A stretch of 64,000 nucleotides of DNA from Eledone cirrhosa (GCA_964016885.1 OZ024742.1:343356001-343420000), one strand, 5' to 3'. Shown: positions 13,328 through 26,740, numbered from the stretch's first letter. The notes: generated by a model from the letters alone, not told the origin. Translations and numbers: made by a program.

Positions 13328-13379
13328 GGCTTTTCTGATGATTTCCTCCGAATGAAACAGTTCTAGTCCTGTTGAAGCC
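13328..13379 (+). ncRNA. Type I hammerhead ribozyme candidate (Penelope pLTR-type)
   Basis: GGCTTTT-CTGATGA-T-TTC-CTCC-GAA-T-GAAA-CAG-TTCTAGTC-CTG-TT-GAAGCC: intact core, stems II and III, imperfect stem I, GUU cleavage triplet. Confidence 0.6.
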
Positions 13380-13404
13380 ATTTCTATATTAAATATATAG
13401 TTAC

Positions 13405-13724
13405 ACCCCCCCCCCCCCACCCCGTTCTATGTAAAGTTATGTTGGTGCCGCGCCATCCAGGCCGAAACAAATGAGATCGTGTAGGTGTCACGACAAAAAA
13501 ACACACAGTCCACGCTGTAATGTGGCCGTGTAGGCAACACGGTAAAAACCTCCCAGCCCCACACTGTAAATGTGGTTGGTGTTAGGAAGGGCATCCAACT
13601 GTAGAAAACCTGCCAGACAGTCCTATGCGAGCAAGACAATCACTCTTGCTTCAAGTGGGACTACCCCCGTCCAAACCCATGCAAGCGTGGAACACGGACG
13701 TTAAACGTTGATGATGATGATGAT
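13405..13724 (-). mobile_element. RTE subfamily A 3' UTR/tail fragment, absent from copy 2
   Basis: Matches 12780-13112 and 18740-19193; orientation on the plus strand is the same as those 3' UTRs, so the strand call is uncertain; the empty site is at ~49245. Confidence 0.6.
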
Positions 13725-13725
13725 A

Positions 13726-14303
13726 TACTCTTTTAGCTGTTCCAGCCAGCCGGCTGAGACCATGATTGGGCACTGCATTTGTTGCTACACATTCTATCTC
13801 CAGCCTGTGTTGGCTGGCCATTGATATAAGAGGGAGTTCGTTGCTGCTGCCCTTAGGTTACCTTTGTACCGTGATGTGGGCTCATCCGGGATCTTGGATA
13901 ACAGGGTGTCGAGAAGTTTCTTGAAAATATTCACGGCCACACCATGTAGATCTCTCAAATCCCTCGGCAGTTTGTTGAAGAGTTGAGGGCCTTTGAACCC
14001 CAGTCTATTGCAGTTCTAGATGTTGAAGACGGGACCTTTGTCACCACACAGTGACGTCCTGTTCGGGGGTTGGTCCCGTTCTTAATACCAAAGTTTGACG
14101 CTAGTCCCTCCAGGATTTTCCATATGTATATCACTGTGTATCTCTCCCGTCTTCGTTCCAAGGAGTAGAGTTTCAGTTCTTTTAGCCTCTCCCAGTAGCT
14201 CATCTCCTTCATCGTGCAATCCACTTGGTGTAGCTTCGTTGGATTGTCTCAAGTTCCATGGTTAGTTTGATACTATGGGGTGACCACAGCTGGGAGCAAT
14301 AGT
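13726..14303 (-). mobile_element. CR1-type LINE 3' fragment
   Basis: ORF 13955-14224 MSYWERLKELKLYSLERRRERYTVIYIWKILEGL, a typical CR1-clade C-terminal motif; paralog at ~49250-49815. Confidence 0.75.
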
Positions 14304-14987
14304 CCAGGCGGCTTAGGACAAATGGCCTTCATAGTATCAACATGGTCTCCCGGTCTCTTATATAGAAAACCTCAAATAAAAAGTCAAGATTTGTTTCGAT
14401 TTAACAGAGCAGAAATAATTTGTGTCAGAATATTCCAACCAATCCAGCCTATATCAGCTGAATAAATATGTATATGGAGATATATATATACACACCCACA
14501 TGCACATATATATATATATATACACACACACATATATATACACACTCAAACACACACATACATACACGCATGCATGCATGCATACATGATGGCTGCCCCC
14601 TCGTTATCGAGTATGGCCATTGCACGATATACCATTATTAATAATTATTAATTAATTCTATCGTGCAATGCCTGTGCATGAAGATATTTTTTAAAATGAG
14701 GAAAAACTGTGCACTGAGCCAATCCCACTCTCTGAGCGACAGTAGCTATAACCCGAAAAGAAGAAAATATCAACATCATTGGTAACTACTGAGCCGCAGG
14801 TTTTATAACGGAGTTATCCCAGTTTCCTGAGTTGCCTTCTCCTAGAAGAATGCCCTGACAAAGGCTAGGGTCCTTCACTCCCAGTGGTTTAACCACGCGA
14901 TCGGGTGTCCAGCCCGATTATTTCTATGTCCCCGCACATGTACATACACATGCACCCATGTATATACACATATACATATACATACAT

Positions 14988-17900
14988 CATGCTGGTTCCT
15001 GCCCCCCCCCCCCCCCCTCTCTATACATATAAGATAAACCCTACCAAAATTAATCAAAATCGGCAACTCGCTATGTCTGGGATGGCTGTTACATCGGTAT
15101 AAAGTAACGTTCAAATATTTTTCTCGATTCTTCTCTCCATTCGAATCCATTCATTCAATCACTATTCTATGTCCTATTTTCACACTATATCATATTTTCA
15201 CCATTCTATATCATATTTTTTCTCTAAAAATCATATTTTCCCTATCACCGCATTTTCTCTATCGTATTTTCTTAAACAAAACAAATCTTGTATTTTCGTT
15301 TATTGTTAAATTATGCCCAAAATACGGCGATCTTATCTTAAACCTTACATTCTCGCTAACAACCCATCATCCCTCCCACCCGCCCCCACGCACCACCATT
15401 ATTACGTGGACCAATCATAAGTCAGAGGCCCATACTATCGCTTAACTGGTTGCTTTTCGATATGATGGATGGACTACGGAATTCTGGAGAGTTGAAGAGA
15501 GAAAAATGTGGACGCTCAGCGACAATGCCAAAGATAAAGACAAATTCACCTCGTGGACGAGAATGCAAGCACTCCTCCTTGTTTCGGCCGAGGATGGCTA
15601 ACATAACCCCATCCCCCGCCGCGCCCCACCGCTCCCACCCTCCAAACGCAATCCAAAACTTCAGAGTTGGTACCATGAATGTAGGCACCTTAAAGGGTCG
15701 CTCTAACGAGGTTGTAGAAATGCTTGAACGTAAGGAGGTCGATGTTTGTTGTATTCAAGAGACCAGGTGGAGGGGAGGGTCTGCTAGATTCATCGTGGGT
15801 AAAGAACGATGCTATAAGCTTTTCTGGGTGGGAAATGACAATGGGCTGGGTGGGGTAGGAATCATGGTAGCAGAAAAGTGGGCAGATAAGATAATAGACG
15901 TAAATAGAGTGAACGACAGAATAATTAAAATAAGACTTGTCCTCAATAAAACTACGGTGACAGTAATATCTGCGTACGCACCCCAATCCGGACTGCCCGG
16001 CGCTATAAAAGACAGATTCTATGAGACACTGATGCTCGCTACCTCCCAAATATCCGACAGTGACTATATAATTATCGCAGGCGACCTAAATGGTCACGTT
16101 GGACAACATTGTGAAGGCTATGACGAAATCCATGGAGGCTATGGGTTCGGTACTAGAAATGAGGAAGGCTCCAGAATCCTGGAATTCTGTGACGCAAATA
16201 ACTTAACTATCTGTAACACTAACTTCAAAAAACGAGACAATCACTTGATCACCTATAGATCGGGGGAACACACAAGCCAGGTAGATTATATCCTTACCAG
16301 AAGACGTGACAGAGTGTCTGTTGTTAACACTAAATCCCTCCCCCATGAAGAATTCACCTCCCAACATAGACTGATAATTAGCGACCTCATAGTCAGGACG
16401 AGACGTACTAGACAGCGGGAGAGGACTATCCTCAGGAGAAAAATATGGAAGCTAAAGGACCCCATAGCCAGAAATAAATTTCAAAGCATATTACTTGACG
16501 CTTTCAACAGTAAGGAAGAGCAATTAGAGTCGTATAATATAGAGGAACAGTGGGAATTCCTGAGAGCAAACCTGCTGACGGCGGCAGACGAAGTCTGTGG
16601 CTGGAGCAGGCCTGTAGGTAGGAGGAGAGTAACATGGTGGTGGAACAGTATGGTGGAGGAGTCAATTAAGGCCAAAAAGCAGGCTTGGAAAGTATGGCGG
16701 GATGGGGGAAGTAGAGAAGACTATCAAGTGGCCAGGAGGGAAGCTAGGAGACAAGTGTACTTCGCAAGAAGGGAAGCAGAGGAAAGCATGTTCTAAAACG
16801 TGAGGACCAAAAACGTGAGGTGTTCAGGATTGCCAGGCAATGTGTCAAGGAAAACCGTGATATTGTCGGGGAGAAGTGTGTACTTAACGATGATGGCATA
16901 CTTGCCATCACTGACGCTGATAAGAAGGTAGCTTGGAAGTGTCACTACGATAGGCTTCTAAATGAGGAGAATAAATGGGAGAAAGACAGTCTCCCCCACA
17001 TCGACCCAATAGAGGGACCAGCAGTGTTAGTCCAGGGTAGTACAATAAGCAAGGCAATCAAAGATATGAAGACGGGTAAGGCGGCTGGGCCTTCGGAAAT
17101 AGTTGCTGAGATGCTGAAGGCATCTGGTTCGGTGGGACACACCATGGTCACCCGGATAGTTAACCAAGTCGTACAGAATGGGGTTGTTCCGAAGGACTGG
17201 CGTAGCAGCATCATCGTTAACTGCTATAAGGGAAAAGGAGATGCCCTAGATAGGAGTAACTATAGAGGCATTAAATTAATCGACCAGGTCATGAAGGTCA
17301 CGGAAAAAGTAATAGCGCAACTAATCAGAGAGAGAATTGATCTAGATGAAATGCAGTTCGGGTTTGTGTCAGGCAAAAGTACCACAGACGCTCTTTTCAT
17401 TGTACGACAACTACAGGAGAAGTACCTAGCTAAAAGTAAACCCCTATACTTAGCTTTTGTCGACTTGGAGAAAGCCTTCGACAGAGTCCCCCGTTCCATT
17501 ATCTGGTGGTCTCTTAGAAAACTAGGTGTTGACGAATGGCTTGTGAGAGCTATACAAGCCATGTATAAAGAAACAGTCAGTAAGGTTAGAATTAACAACG
17601 AATATAGTGAAGAGTTTAGCGTAAAAGTTGGTGTCCATCAGGGCTCTGTTCTTAGCCCCCTACTATTTATTATTGCCCTTCAGGCTATAACAGAGGAGTT
17701 CAAGACCGGCTGCCCATGGGAACTCCTATATGCAGATGATCTAACGCTCATAGCTGAATCAATGACCGAACTAGAGAAGAAATTCCAAACATGGAAGCAC
17801 GGCCTAGAATCAAAAGGCCTTAAAATTAACCTGGCTAAGACTAAAGTTCTAGTTTGTAGGAAAGAAAATAGGGCGGCGGTCCCTTCCGGGAAATGGCCAT

Positions 17901-19193
17901 GCTCAGTGTGTAGGAAAGGCGTAGGTAGAAACTCCATTTTATGTCCCCAATGCAAAGTATGGGTGCATAAAAGATGTAGTGGGATCACAGGTAAGCTAAC
18001 TAAGAACATAGATTTTACATGTGGCCGGTGCTCTGGTGCAATAAGTAGCAGCAAGTGCCCACTAAATACTAGCTCTTTCAATTGCGCAGAGGGTTCTATA
18101 GAAATAGTGGACAGCTTCCGTTACCTGGGTGACAAAATCAGCAGTGGGGGAGGGTGCTCTGAAAGTACAGTAGCTAGAGTCAGAACTGGATGGAAAAAGT
18201 TCAGAGAGCTTATACCACTATTAGCCGCTAGAGGGTTCTCCCTAAAAATGAAAGGCAGGTTATACGATTCCTGCATACGAACAGCAATGCTGCATGGCAG
18301 TGAGACATGGGCATTGTGTGCAGAGGATATACGCAGACTAGAGAGGAACGAAGCTTGCATGCTCCGCTGGATGTGCAATAGTAATATACGTGAACGGCTA
18401 AGCATAAACGAACTAAGGAAAAAATTAGAAATAAGAGGGATCAGATGTTGTTTACTCGAGAGAAGGCTACGTTGGTACGGTCACGTGATGCGCATGAAAG
18501 ACGACAGCTGTATAACAAAGTGCAGGGCAATAAAGATAGACGGTAGCCACGGAGTAGGCAGACCCAGAAAAACCTGGGACGACATGATAAATTCCGACCT
18601 CACACGCTTACACCTCTCCAAGACAATGTCACTGGACCGAGCCCTTTGGCGGTACTCAGTAATAGAGAAGACCCGCCTTACCTAAATACAAAGTAAAAAC
18701 CTACTACAGTCAGTAGGCATCTCTATCAAAATACACCCCCGTCCCACCACCTCCACCCCATCCACACCGCCCCTTTCAATGTAAAGTTATGTTGGTCCCA
18801 CAACATCCAGGCCGAAACAAATGAGATCGTGTAGGTGTCACGACAAAAAAACACACAGTCCACGCTGTAAATGTGGCCGTGTAGGCAACACGGTAAAAAC
18901 CTCCCAGCCCCACACTGTAAATGTGGTTGGTGTTAGGAAGGGCATCCAGCTGTAGAAAACCCGTCAGACAGTCCACACTGTAATGTGGCCGTGTAGGCAA
19001 CACGGTAAAAACCTCCCAGCCCCACACTGTAAATGTGGTTGGTGTGAGGAAGGGCATCCAGCTGTAGAAAACCCGCCAGACAGTCCTATGCGAGCAAGAC
19101 AACCACTCTTGCCTCAAGTGGGAAAACGCCCGTCCAAACCCATGCAAGCGTGGAACACGGACGCTAAACCTGATGATGATGATGATGATGATG
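14988..19193 (+). mobile_element. Near-full-length RTE LINE, subfamily A (~4.2 kb), candidate TSD ATACAT
   Basis: 5' UTR, APE endonuclease (TMNVGTL, IQETRW, GDLNGH, QVDYIL, SQHR), RT, 3' UTR and (GAT)n tail; ATACAT at 14982-14987 and 19194-19199; the empty site is visible in copy 2 at ~50460. Confidence 0.95.
15462..18685 (+). pseudogene. RTE APE-RT-PHD polyprotein split by a 10-nt deletion at 16786/16787
   Basis: The copy near 31300 (minus) reads GGAAAG-AAAGTTCAAA-CATGTTCTA where this copy reads GGAAAG-CATGTTCTA; restoring 10 nt fuses ORFs 15450-16796 and 16820-18685 into ~1077 aa. Confidence 0.9.
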
Positions 19194-19441
19194 ATACATA
19201 TGTACATGTGTATATACATATTTACACACTTTTGGATGGCCGTTGACTCTTATGAGATCTTCCGCCCTTTGTCAGGTTTTGTTTTTTGTCCTGCAAGGTG
19301 TCCAAAATCACCCTCCTCACCAAGTAAACTTGATGGGGTCGCCGGTTTAGTCGCCGACGACCCAACCATGTGACAGGTTGTACATGTTACCAATAGCACT
19401 CAAGCGTGACCCGACATACACACATACATGCATACATACTA

Positions 19442-22400
19442 CATGATGGCTGCAAACTCGTGTTCAAGTATTGCTATCGCCCGATAAAATGTTCAAAAAT
19501 GTGAAGCACAAATGTGACTCTTTAAACCAGCCAAATACTTGCAACCTCTGGCACACACATGGCAACTTTAGGCTCCCCCGAAACCTTCCATTGCTTTGTT
19601 CTGGCTGTATGTTCACATGTATCTTTTAAGACCTCCCATGCTTGTACATTTCTTACACCTTTTCAGATCATAATCTACATGAGGTCTACTGATATGACTT
19701 TGTTCATGTCTAATCAAACCAGCTTTGCTCAGGCTGACTCGACCACAGTGCTGGCAAACCAGATGATGTTCAACAGCAGGCAGTTCAGAACAGTCTCAAT
19801 CCTCACCTTCCTTTTCAGTGTTAGGTGTTGTCTCCGACGAGTTTCAAAGTGTTCACCACCTGACTTGATCAAACGTCTCCACTTCACACGCTCGTCAGCC
19901 ATTTTCTCCCATTCGTCAGATGAAATTCCAGCACAAGCCAAGGTGCCCCTGATACAGTCCCGGTACCGCCTTTTTGGTTTATGTGGTGGTCGCCTTCCTT
20001 CACACAGTTTTCCATAGAGAAGTTGCTTTGGAATGCGATCATCAGACATCCGGACCACGTGACTGCACCACCTCAACCGATACCGAAAGATTATGCTCAT
20101 TATAGTCACGCACCTGCTCCGTTCTAGAACTTCCAAATCACTGACGAACTTTTCCATTGCACCCCAAGTAACTTATGAAGAGATTGTTGGTGAAATCTCT
20201 CCAGATCCTTGAGGTGCTTTCTGTATGTGACCCACGTTTCACAAACATAAAGTAAAGAGGAGACGACACAAGTCAGATACACTTTTACCTTGGTTTCGAT
20301 AGTGATACCTCGTCTGGACCATAAACGTTGATGCAGCCGTCCAAAAGCATCACTGGCTTTCTTGATTCTTAAGGATATTTCATTATCATGTGTGCATGAA
20401 GTGTTCAACGTACTACCAAGGTAAACAAACTTGTCAGCAACTTTTAGCCTCTTTCCGTACACGTACACACTTGGTGTGTACTCGTTTCCAGGTGCTGGCT
20501 GATACATCACAACAGTCTTTTCCAAGCTTATTGTGATGCCCAAAGTACCACCAATCTCTGGGAGGGCCCTGTAGAAACAGTAGACAGCTTCTGCTACCTA
20601 GGTGACCGAATTAGCAACGGAGGTGGGTGCTCAGAAAGTACAATAACTAGGGTAAGAACGGGATGCAAGAAGTTTAGGGAACTACTACCACTGCTAGCTG
20701 CAAAAGGCTTCTCCCTCAGAATGAAAGGCAGACTGTATGATGCGTGTATCAGAACAGCGATGTTGCATGGTAGTGAGACCTGGGCGCTGAAGGTGGAAGA
20801 CTTACGTAGATTAGAGAGAAACGAAGCCTGCATGCTCCGATGGATGTGTAACAGTAATATACGTGAACGACAAAGCATAAAGGAATTGAGAGAGAGACTG
20901 AGCATAAGAGGAATCAAATGCTGCGTGCAGGAGAGGCAGTTACGCTGGTATGGACATGTGATGCGTATGAAGGATGACAGCTGCATAAAAAGGTGCAGAG
21001 CACTAGAAGTTGATGGAAACCGCGGAGTGGGGAGACCCAAGATGACTTGGGATGAGGTGATAAAAGCCGACCTTACCCAACTACACCTCTCAAAGACAAT
21101 GACACACGACCGTGACTTCTGGCGTCACGCAGTAATACAGGGTACCCGACCTCCCATGGGTACATGCTGAAGCATATAAACAATATGCCCCCACTCCCCC
21201 CACCGCAAGGTGGTCGTGGAGGTGCCACGGCAAAAAAGCACCCCGCCCACACTGTAAAGTGGACGTGTAGGCGCCACGAAAAAGCACCCAGCACTCACTG
21301 TAAATGAGGTTGGTGTTAGGAAGGGCATCCAGCTGTAGAAATCAAGCCAGATCAGTTCCTGTATGAGCAAGGCATGGTCAGCCGACCAGACACTGCCCAC
21401 AACAGGACAACCCGTCTAACCCATGCTAGCGTGGAAGAACGGACGTAAAACGGTGATGATGATGATGATGATGAAAGTGCTGCAAACTGCAGAAAAAGAG
21501 TTCATAATATGTGCAAAAAGATCGCAGTCGTCTGCATACAAAAACTCTCGGATTATAGATGTTAATACCTTTGTGCTTGTACCAAAGCGCCTGGTGTTGA
21601 ACAACCTTCCTGAAGTGCGATACCTGATGTAAACCCCATGAGAACAATATTTGAATGCCATGAGAAACACTATCGTAAAATATAAGGAAAACAGAGTTGG
21701 AGCCGGAATGTCCCCCTGCTTCACTCCATTTTCAACTGATATTGGTTCAGAGATGCTACCACCAATACTGACCAAAGCCTTCATGTCATCATGGAAAAGA
21801 TGCAGAATCTTCTACCCTACCTTGGATTTTTTTCCCACAATGCAGTTCGATTGACAGTGTCAAAGGCCTTTGTCAAGTCAACAAAGACCTGGTAAAGGTC
21901 CATACATTGTTCGATACACTTTTCTTGCAGCTGCCGAGCAGAAACGATCATATTCACTGTTCCTGTTTCGTTTCTGGACCCACACTGCGACTCAAGCAAC
22001 ACATTCAGAGCAACTCTTGGGATCAATCTATCCATCAATATTCGACACGACTTTACCAACTACTGAAAGAAGGGATATGACATGATAATTGCCACATTTG
22101 TCCTTGCCGTCCCTTCCTTTATGGAGAATCACCATCAGCGCATCATTCTTGTGGGACATTCTCATCTTCCCACACCATTTTCATGAGGTCAGTCAGGCGC
22201 TGCGTGAAGTTTTCACCGCCACACTTCAAAACCGCTCCACTCAGACCATCCATACCAGGAGACTTACCACAGTTCAGCTTATGCACAACAGAAGTCCCCT
22301 CTGCAAGAGAAGATACATTAGCCATCTCATATGCTTCACTGGTTCAATAGGAATGGAACAAATGAAATCATCATCAACCTGGTTTAAGAGCTCATCAAAG

Positions 22401-22803
22401 TGATCTCTCTATCTGTCGAGTGTCTTTTGGGTCACGCAGTAATTGCTTGCCATCTTTCGATCTCAAAGGGGCCATACACCTCTGTGAGTAGAAAGTGCGG
22501 CAGTTTCACATTGTTGCCGTCAGATGCCACTTGAACTTCATCTGCTTTGTTGCTCCACCAGGTATTTTGCATAGCCGAGTTTCACCTGCACTTCCTTCTT
22601 TACCTGTCTGTAACGCTCATAATTGTCACTAACAGAGCTACCACCTTTAAGAACTGCATCAAGTGCCTTTTGTTTTCTGTCTAGCAGAGCCTTGACCTCC
22701 TGGTCATTCTCATCAAACCAGTCCTTGTTTTCTTGTGACAAAGCCAAGGACCTCTGCTGAAGCCTCATAGACCGAGCTCCTGAAGTCCTTCCAGTTGTTC
22801 TCA
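19442..22803 (-). mobile_element. Degraded RTE LINE of a second (BovB-like) family
   Basis: Fragments DLTKAFDTVNR, GVKQGDIPAPTLFS, LYADDCDL and RLRWCSHVVRMSDDRIPKQLLYG; interrupted at 20547-21473; paralog at ~51585-52651. Confidence 0.85.
20547..21473 (+). mobile_element. 5'-truncated RTE subfamily B nested in the BovB-like RTE, TSD AAAGT
   Basis: ORF 20721-21170; (GAT)n tail; AAAGT at 20542-20546 and 21474-21478. Confidence 0.9.
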
Positions 22804-23569
22804 TACACGCATACATACTTACATATATACATGTATACATACATGCATACATCCATACATACATGTATACACACATACATACACCCATCCATCCATACGT
22901 GTATACATACATACAATGGTTAAAGTGTTTGACTGACGACCATAAGTTCATGGGTTCATATTTGGGACCGGGTAGTTATTGAATCAACCTGATATCAATG
23001 TTTATTATACAGCACACTTCCTCTTTGGTATAATATGACACATAGTAATATCTAACATAGTACCCATCTAATCTGTTATAATATGATTTACCTTTCCTCT
23101 GTGATGCCTTAGGGGTTACGGTACTGGATTAACCATTATAAAGTCATGGGCTTGTTTCTTCAATCCTGCAGCATGTTGCGTCCTTCAGTAAAATACTTTA
23201 GTTCGTGTAGCATCTTCTACCAGGACTTGCGGCAGACAGATAATATCAGTAATGGAAAAAACCTTGTCTCATTAGTATGACCTGGAAATCAGTTCCACTC
23301 TATTTATCTTCTTTATTAAAGGCAATCAAATTATTTTTTATTTTATTCTTTTCCTTATTTTTCCATGTTTGTTAAATAAATTCCAAAAAATAGAACTAAA
23401 TTGAAATTTTGTAATAAAATTTCCATAAAAGTTAATGTTTACAATACAATAAAATGTAATAAAATGTATTGAAGTCGACGAAATGTGGACCTTCATTTTT
23501 GAAAGATGGATAATGCTATAAGCAGACCTTACAATATTGTACCACAATTTTCGGCACTACAACGCTATT

Positions 23570-23717
23570 AGCTGTCACTCGAAAGCAGCCGATGAAAGCA
23601 AAACATCGTTTATTTCCGTATTACTACTACGCGTAAGTGGAGTTACTTGGTGGTAGTAATACGGAAATAAACGTTGACGAATGACGTCACCTTCGCCTGC
23701 TTTCACGACTGACAGCT
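23570..23717. repeat. ~150-bp hairpin (MITE-like inverted repeat)
   Basis: Perfect 21-bp IR CGTTTATTTCCGTATTACTAC (23607-23627) / GTAGTAATACGGAAATAAACG (23653-23673); outer imperfect arms AGCTGTCA...GAAAGCAG / CTGCTTTC...TGACAGCT. Confidence 0.8.
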
Positions 23718-23776
23718 ATATATCACGTGAACACAATCACATTATTCTTTCAAAAGGAAAAGTTTGGCGCCATTTT
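23682..23776 (+). promoter_or_regulatory. Candidate Pol II promoter (CRE, E-box, E2F/YY1-like motifs)
   Basis: TGACGTCA 23682-23689, TCACGTGA 23723-23730, TTTGGCGC 23763-23770 overlapping CGCCATTTT 23768-23776, in a CpG-retaining patch just upstream of an ATG and a GTAAGT donor. Confidence 0.5.
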
Positions 23777-23794
23777 TCTCCAGGAATATTGAAA

Positions 23795-23822
23795 ATGTCT
23801 ACAAACACAGTAGAAGAAAATG
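23795..23822 (+). CDS. Candidate first coding micro-exon (MSTNTVEEN+G) of an unannotated gene
   Basis: AAAATG context, 28 nt, followed by consensus donor GTAAGT (phase 1) compatible with acceptors at 33083, 35464 and 35864. Confidence 0.45.
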
Positions 23823-24143
23823 GTAAGTAATATCAAATAATTATTAAAAACGTTAGAGGAGTCGCATTACACGAATAATTAAGTTTCATACATACATATA
23901 TATATGTGTGTATGTATGTATATATGTTATTCTACTGTAAATTTATTTATATGCTTTGTATATATTATATATACACAAATAATGAATCTGTATATTAAAA
24001 CATCGTTTGTATTATTCAATCAGTTTATTGAACAACGAGAATGCTCATCGTCATGTAAAAGTTCTATTTAAATTGTTGGGATACAACAAGTAAATATTTT
24101 TATAACTGATATAAAGCACTCAACAAATATTTGGAGTAAAAAT

Positions 24144-24990
24144 ACGATATTAACAAATGGAAACTATATTTATAAAACTATATTTATTTCATTATACATA
24201 TTTCAAGGACACCAAGTTAAATTATGGTGTGCTTTAATCAGATAAAATATAATATAGATCAGTTTTATAAATAAATATTGACATACCCTTAAAACATGCA
24301 ACCATTACTGTTGGAAGCACCCGGATAGTGGAGTTGTAGCTTTAATTATATTATTTTAAAAATAAGCCGTTGGGTTACGGAGAAAGAGAAAGATAAATAA
24401 GGAGAGAGAAAAGGGGAGAGAACGAAAAATTCTAAGTCATATCTTGTTGAGTTAATTTAACAATTGAGATGAAATGAATAAATAAAATTAGAAATGTTAA
24501 TAATCATGAATGGAATATACATATATAATATGAGAGATTAACTATTATTTAAATATGATGAGATGTTTAGTTAATCATTTAAAAATCGAGATCAATATAT
24601 TAAAAATTGGGATCTATATATTAAGAAATCCATATATTACTAGAGAACTACATATCATATAACACGTATACACACGCAAAAATACATATAAATATATATA
24701 TACACACTTATAAAATACATATACACACAAAACATAAAGGATTCTTTAATTTAATTTAAGATATAGGAATCTTTAAAATGTTATAATTGTTAAGATATTA
24801 AAGGAAATTTTATGTTATACACACTTTGTTATTAAACAAAATTTTTTTATATAAGCTTTATAAGATTACCTGTTATGTATTTATGGCTGTTATTACATGT
24901 CTATCTGTCACGAATCTTGGGATAATCACTACACATAAGTGCAATCAAATTGTATGGATATACACGCATATGTATATACACAATTCCCAC

Positions 24991-25046
<56 letters not shown>

Positions 25047-26672
25047 CCTCAACCAATAGGTAGATACGCATCACGTATACATATACATACAGACAGACAT
25101 ACATTCATAAAAACGCATAAAAGATATGTACATGTATGTCAATACACACATATACATATATACTCACATATAGAGAGAAGTATATATAAATACAGTACAT
25201 AGTATAATTGAGTACATAAAATACAAAATAATTATATTACAATTTGGAAATATAATTATAAGCAATATAACTTTAAAAACAATACAATTTAAAAATATTA
25301 TAGAATATTTTAAGTTATAATTTCAAAATAATAGTATGTTTAATAGATTTAGTATAGAAATTTATTTTACGTATATTTAACTTAAAATTTTGAAAGGATA
25401 AACTTTCGAAAATAGGAGAAGCTATCAGAACAATAAAAAAATAAGAAATAAGAAATATTTTCTCCTTTCAAGAGCTCTCAATATATTTCTCTAGAATAGT
25501 TTATTAGATTTCTATCTATTTATATTTAGGAAGAAAAGTTATTTTTACTTGAGTGTATAATCAGTCAAAAAAAGATGAAGGAATCTAATGATTTATCGAC
25601 AGGTTCAATATACTAATAAAATTAATTAATTAATTATATACTACATTTTAAATTTATATTTATATTTAAACGTTGAGTTTAATCTGTCTGCAGCAACTGA
25701 ATAAATTATTTCTTAAGTTCAGGGAATTTTTGGTCTTTAATATAAAGAATATTTCCTCTATACAAAGATCGCAATTTTCTGAAGAGGAGTTAAAAGGTGT
25801 AGCTTATGAAATATTCCAAATCAACGAATATTCAACGTTCTTTAGTTTTAGGTCCCATAATAGGCTAGATAGAGAAGTTGAAGATTTTTTTTGTTTGGAT
25901 CTGTAAAAGAATTTTTATGATTATTGAAGCGGGATTTAAACCCTGTGGAAGTAGATCCCACATAATTAAATGAATTTAAATTAGTTTTTACATTACAATT
26001 ATATACTACATTTTTAGCTAAGCAATTGTTATTTAAAGGACAGTTAGATTTATTTCTACAGTTACATTTATCAAATTGGATATTGCTTGGGTTATTATTG
26101 GTATTTTGGTTAGATTTTAAATTTCTATTATTAATTTTATTAATATTTTGCACTAAATTTTTGGTGGAAGAATAAGTTAATTTTATAGTATGTCTATTAA
26201 AAATTGAGTAATATCTATGTGTTCTAGGGAAGCATTTGTCAAGAGCTTTAAAAAATAGTTTAGCAACAGGGGTTTTAATATTTAACGAGAAAGGAGGAGC
26301 GAACCATATGTTCCTAGTTCTATTTCTTTTTCGGCTTTCGGAGTTAATGTAAGATAAATTTCTATACTAAATCTATTAAACATACTATTATTTTGAAATT
26401 ATAACTTAAAATGTTCTATAATATTTTTAAATTGTATTGTTTTTAAAGTTATATTGCTTATAATTATATTTCCAAATTGTAATATAATTATTTTGTATTT
26501 TATGTACTCAATTATACTATGTACTGTATTTATATATACTTCTCTCTATATGTGAGTATATATGTATATGTGTGTATTGACATACATGTACATATCTTTT
26601 ATGCGTTTTTATGAATGTATGTCTGTCTGTATGTATATGTATACGTGATGCGTATCTACCTATTGGTTGAGG

Positions 26673-26740
<68 letters not shown>

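Noticed and set aside
16780-16825. Programmed frameshift or ORF1/ORF2 organisation in the RTE
   Set aside because: A sister copy shows the break is a 10-nt deletion.
25520-25570. Hammerhead in the 3' flank of the Penelope fragment (CTGATTA-TAC...GTA-AAAA, minus)
   Set aside because: Two core mismatches and no clear stems I or III in very AT-rich sequence.
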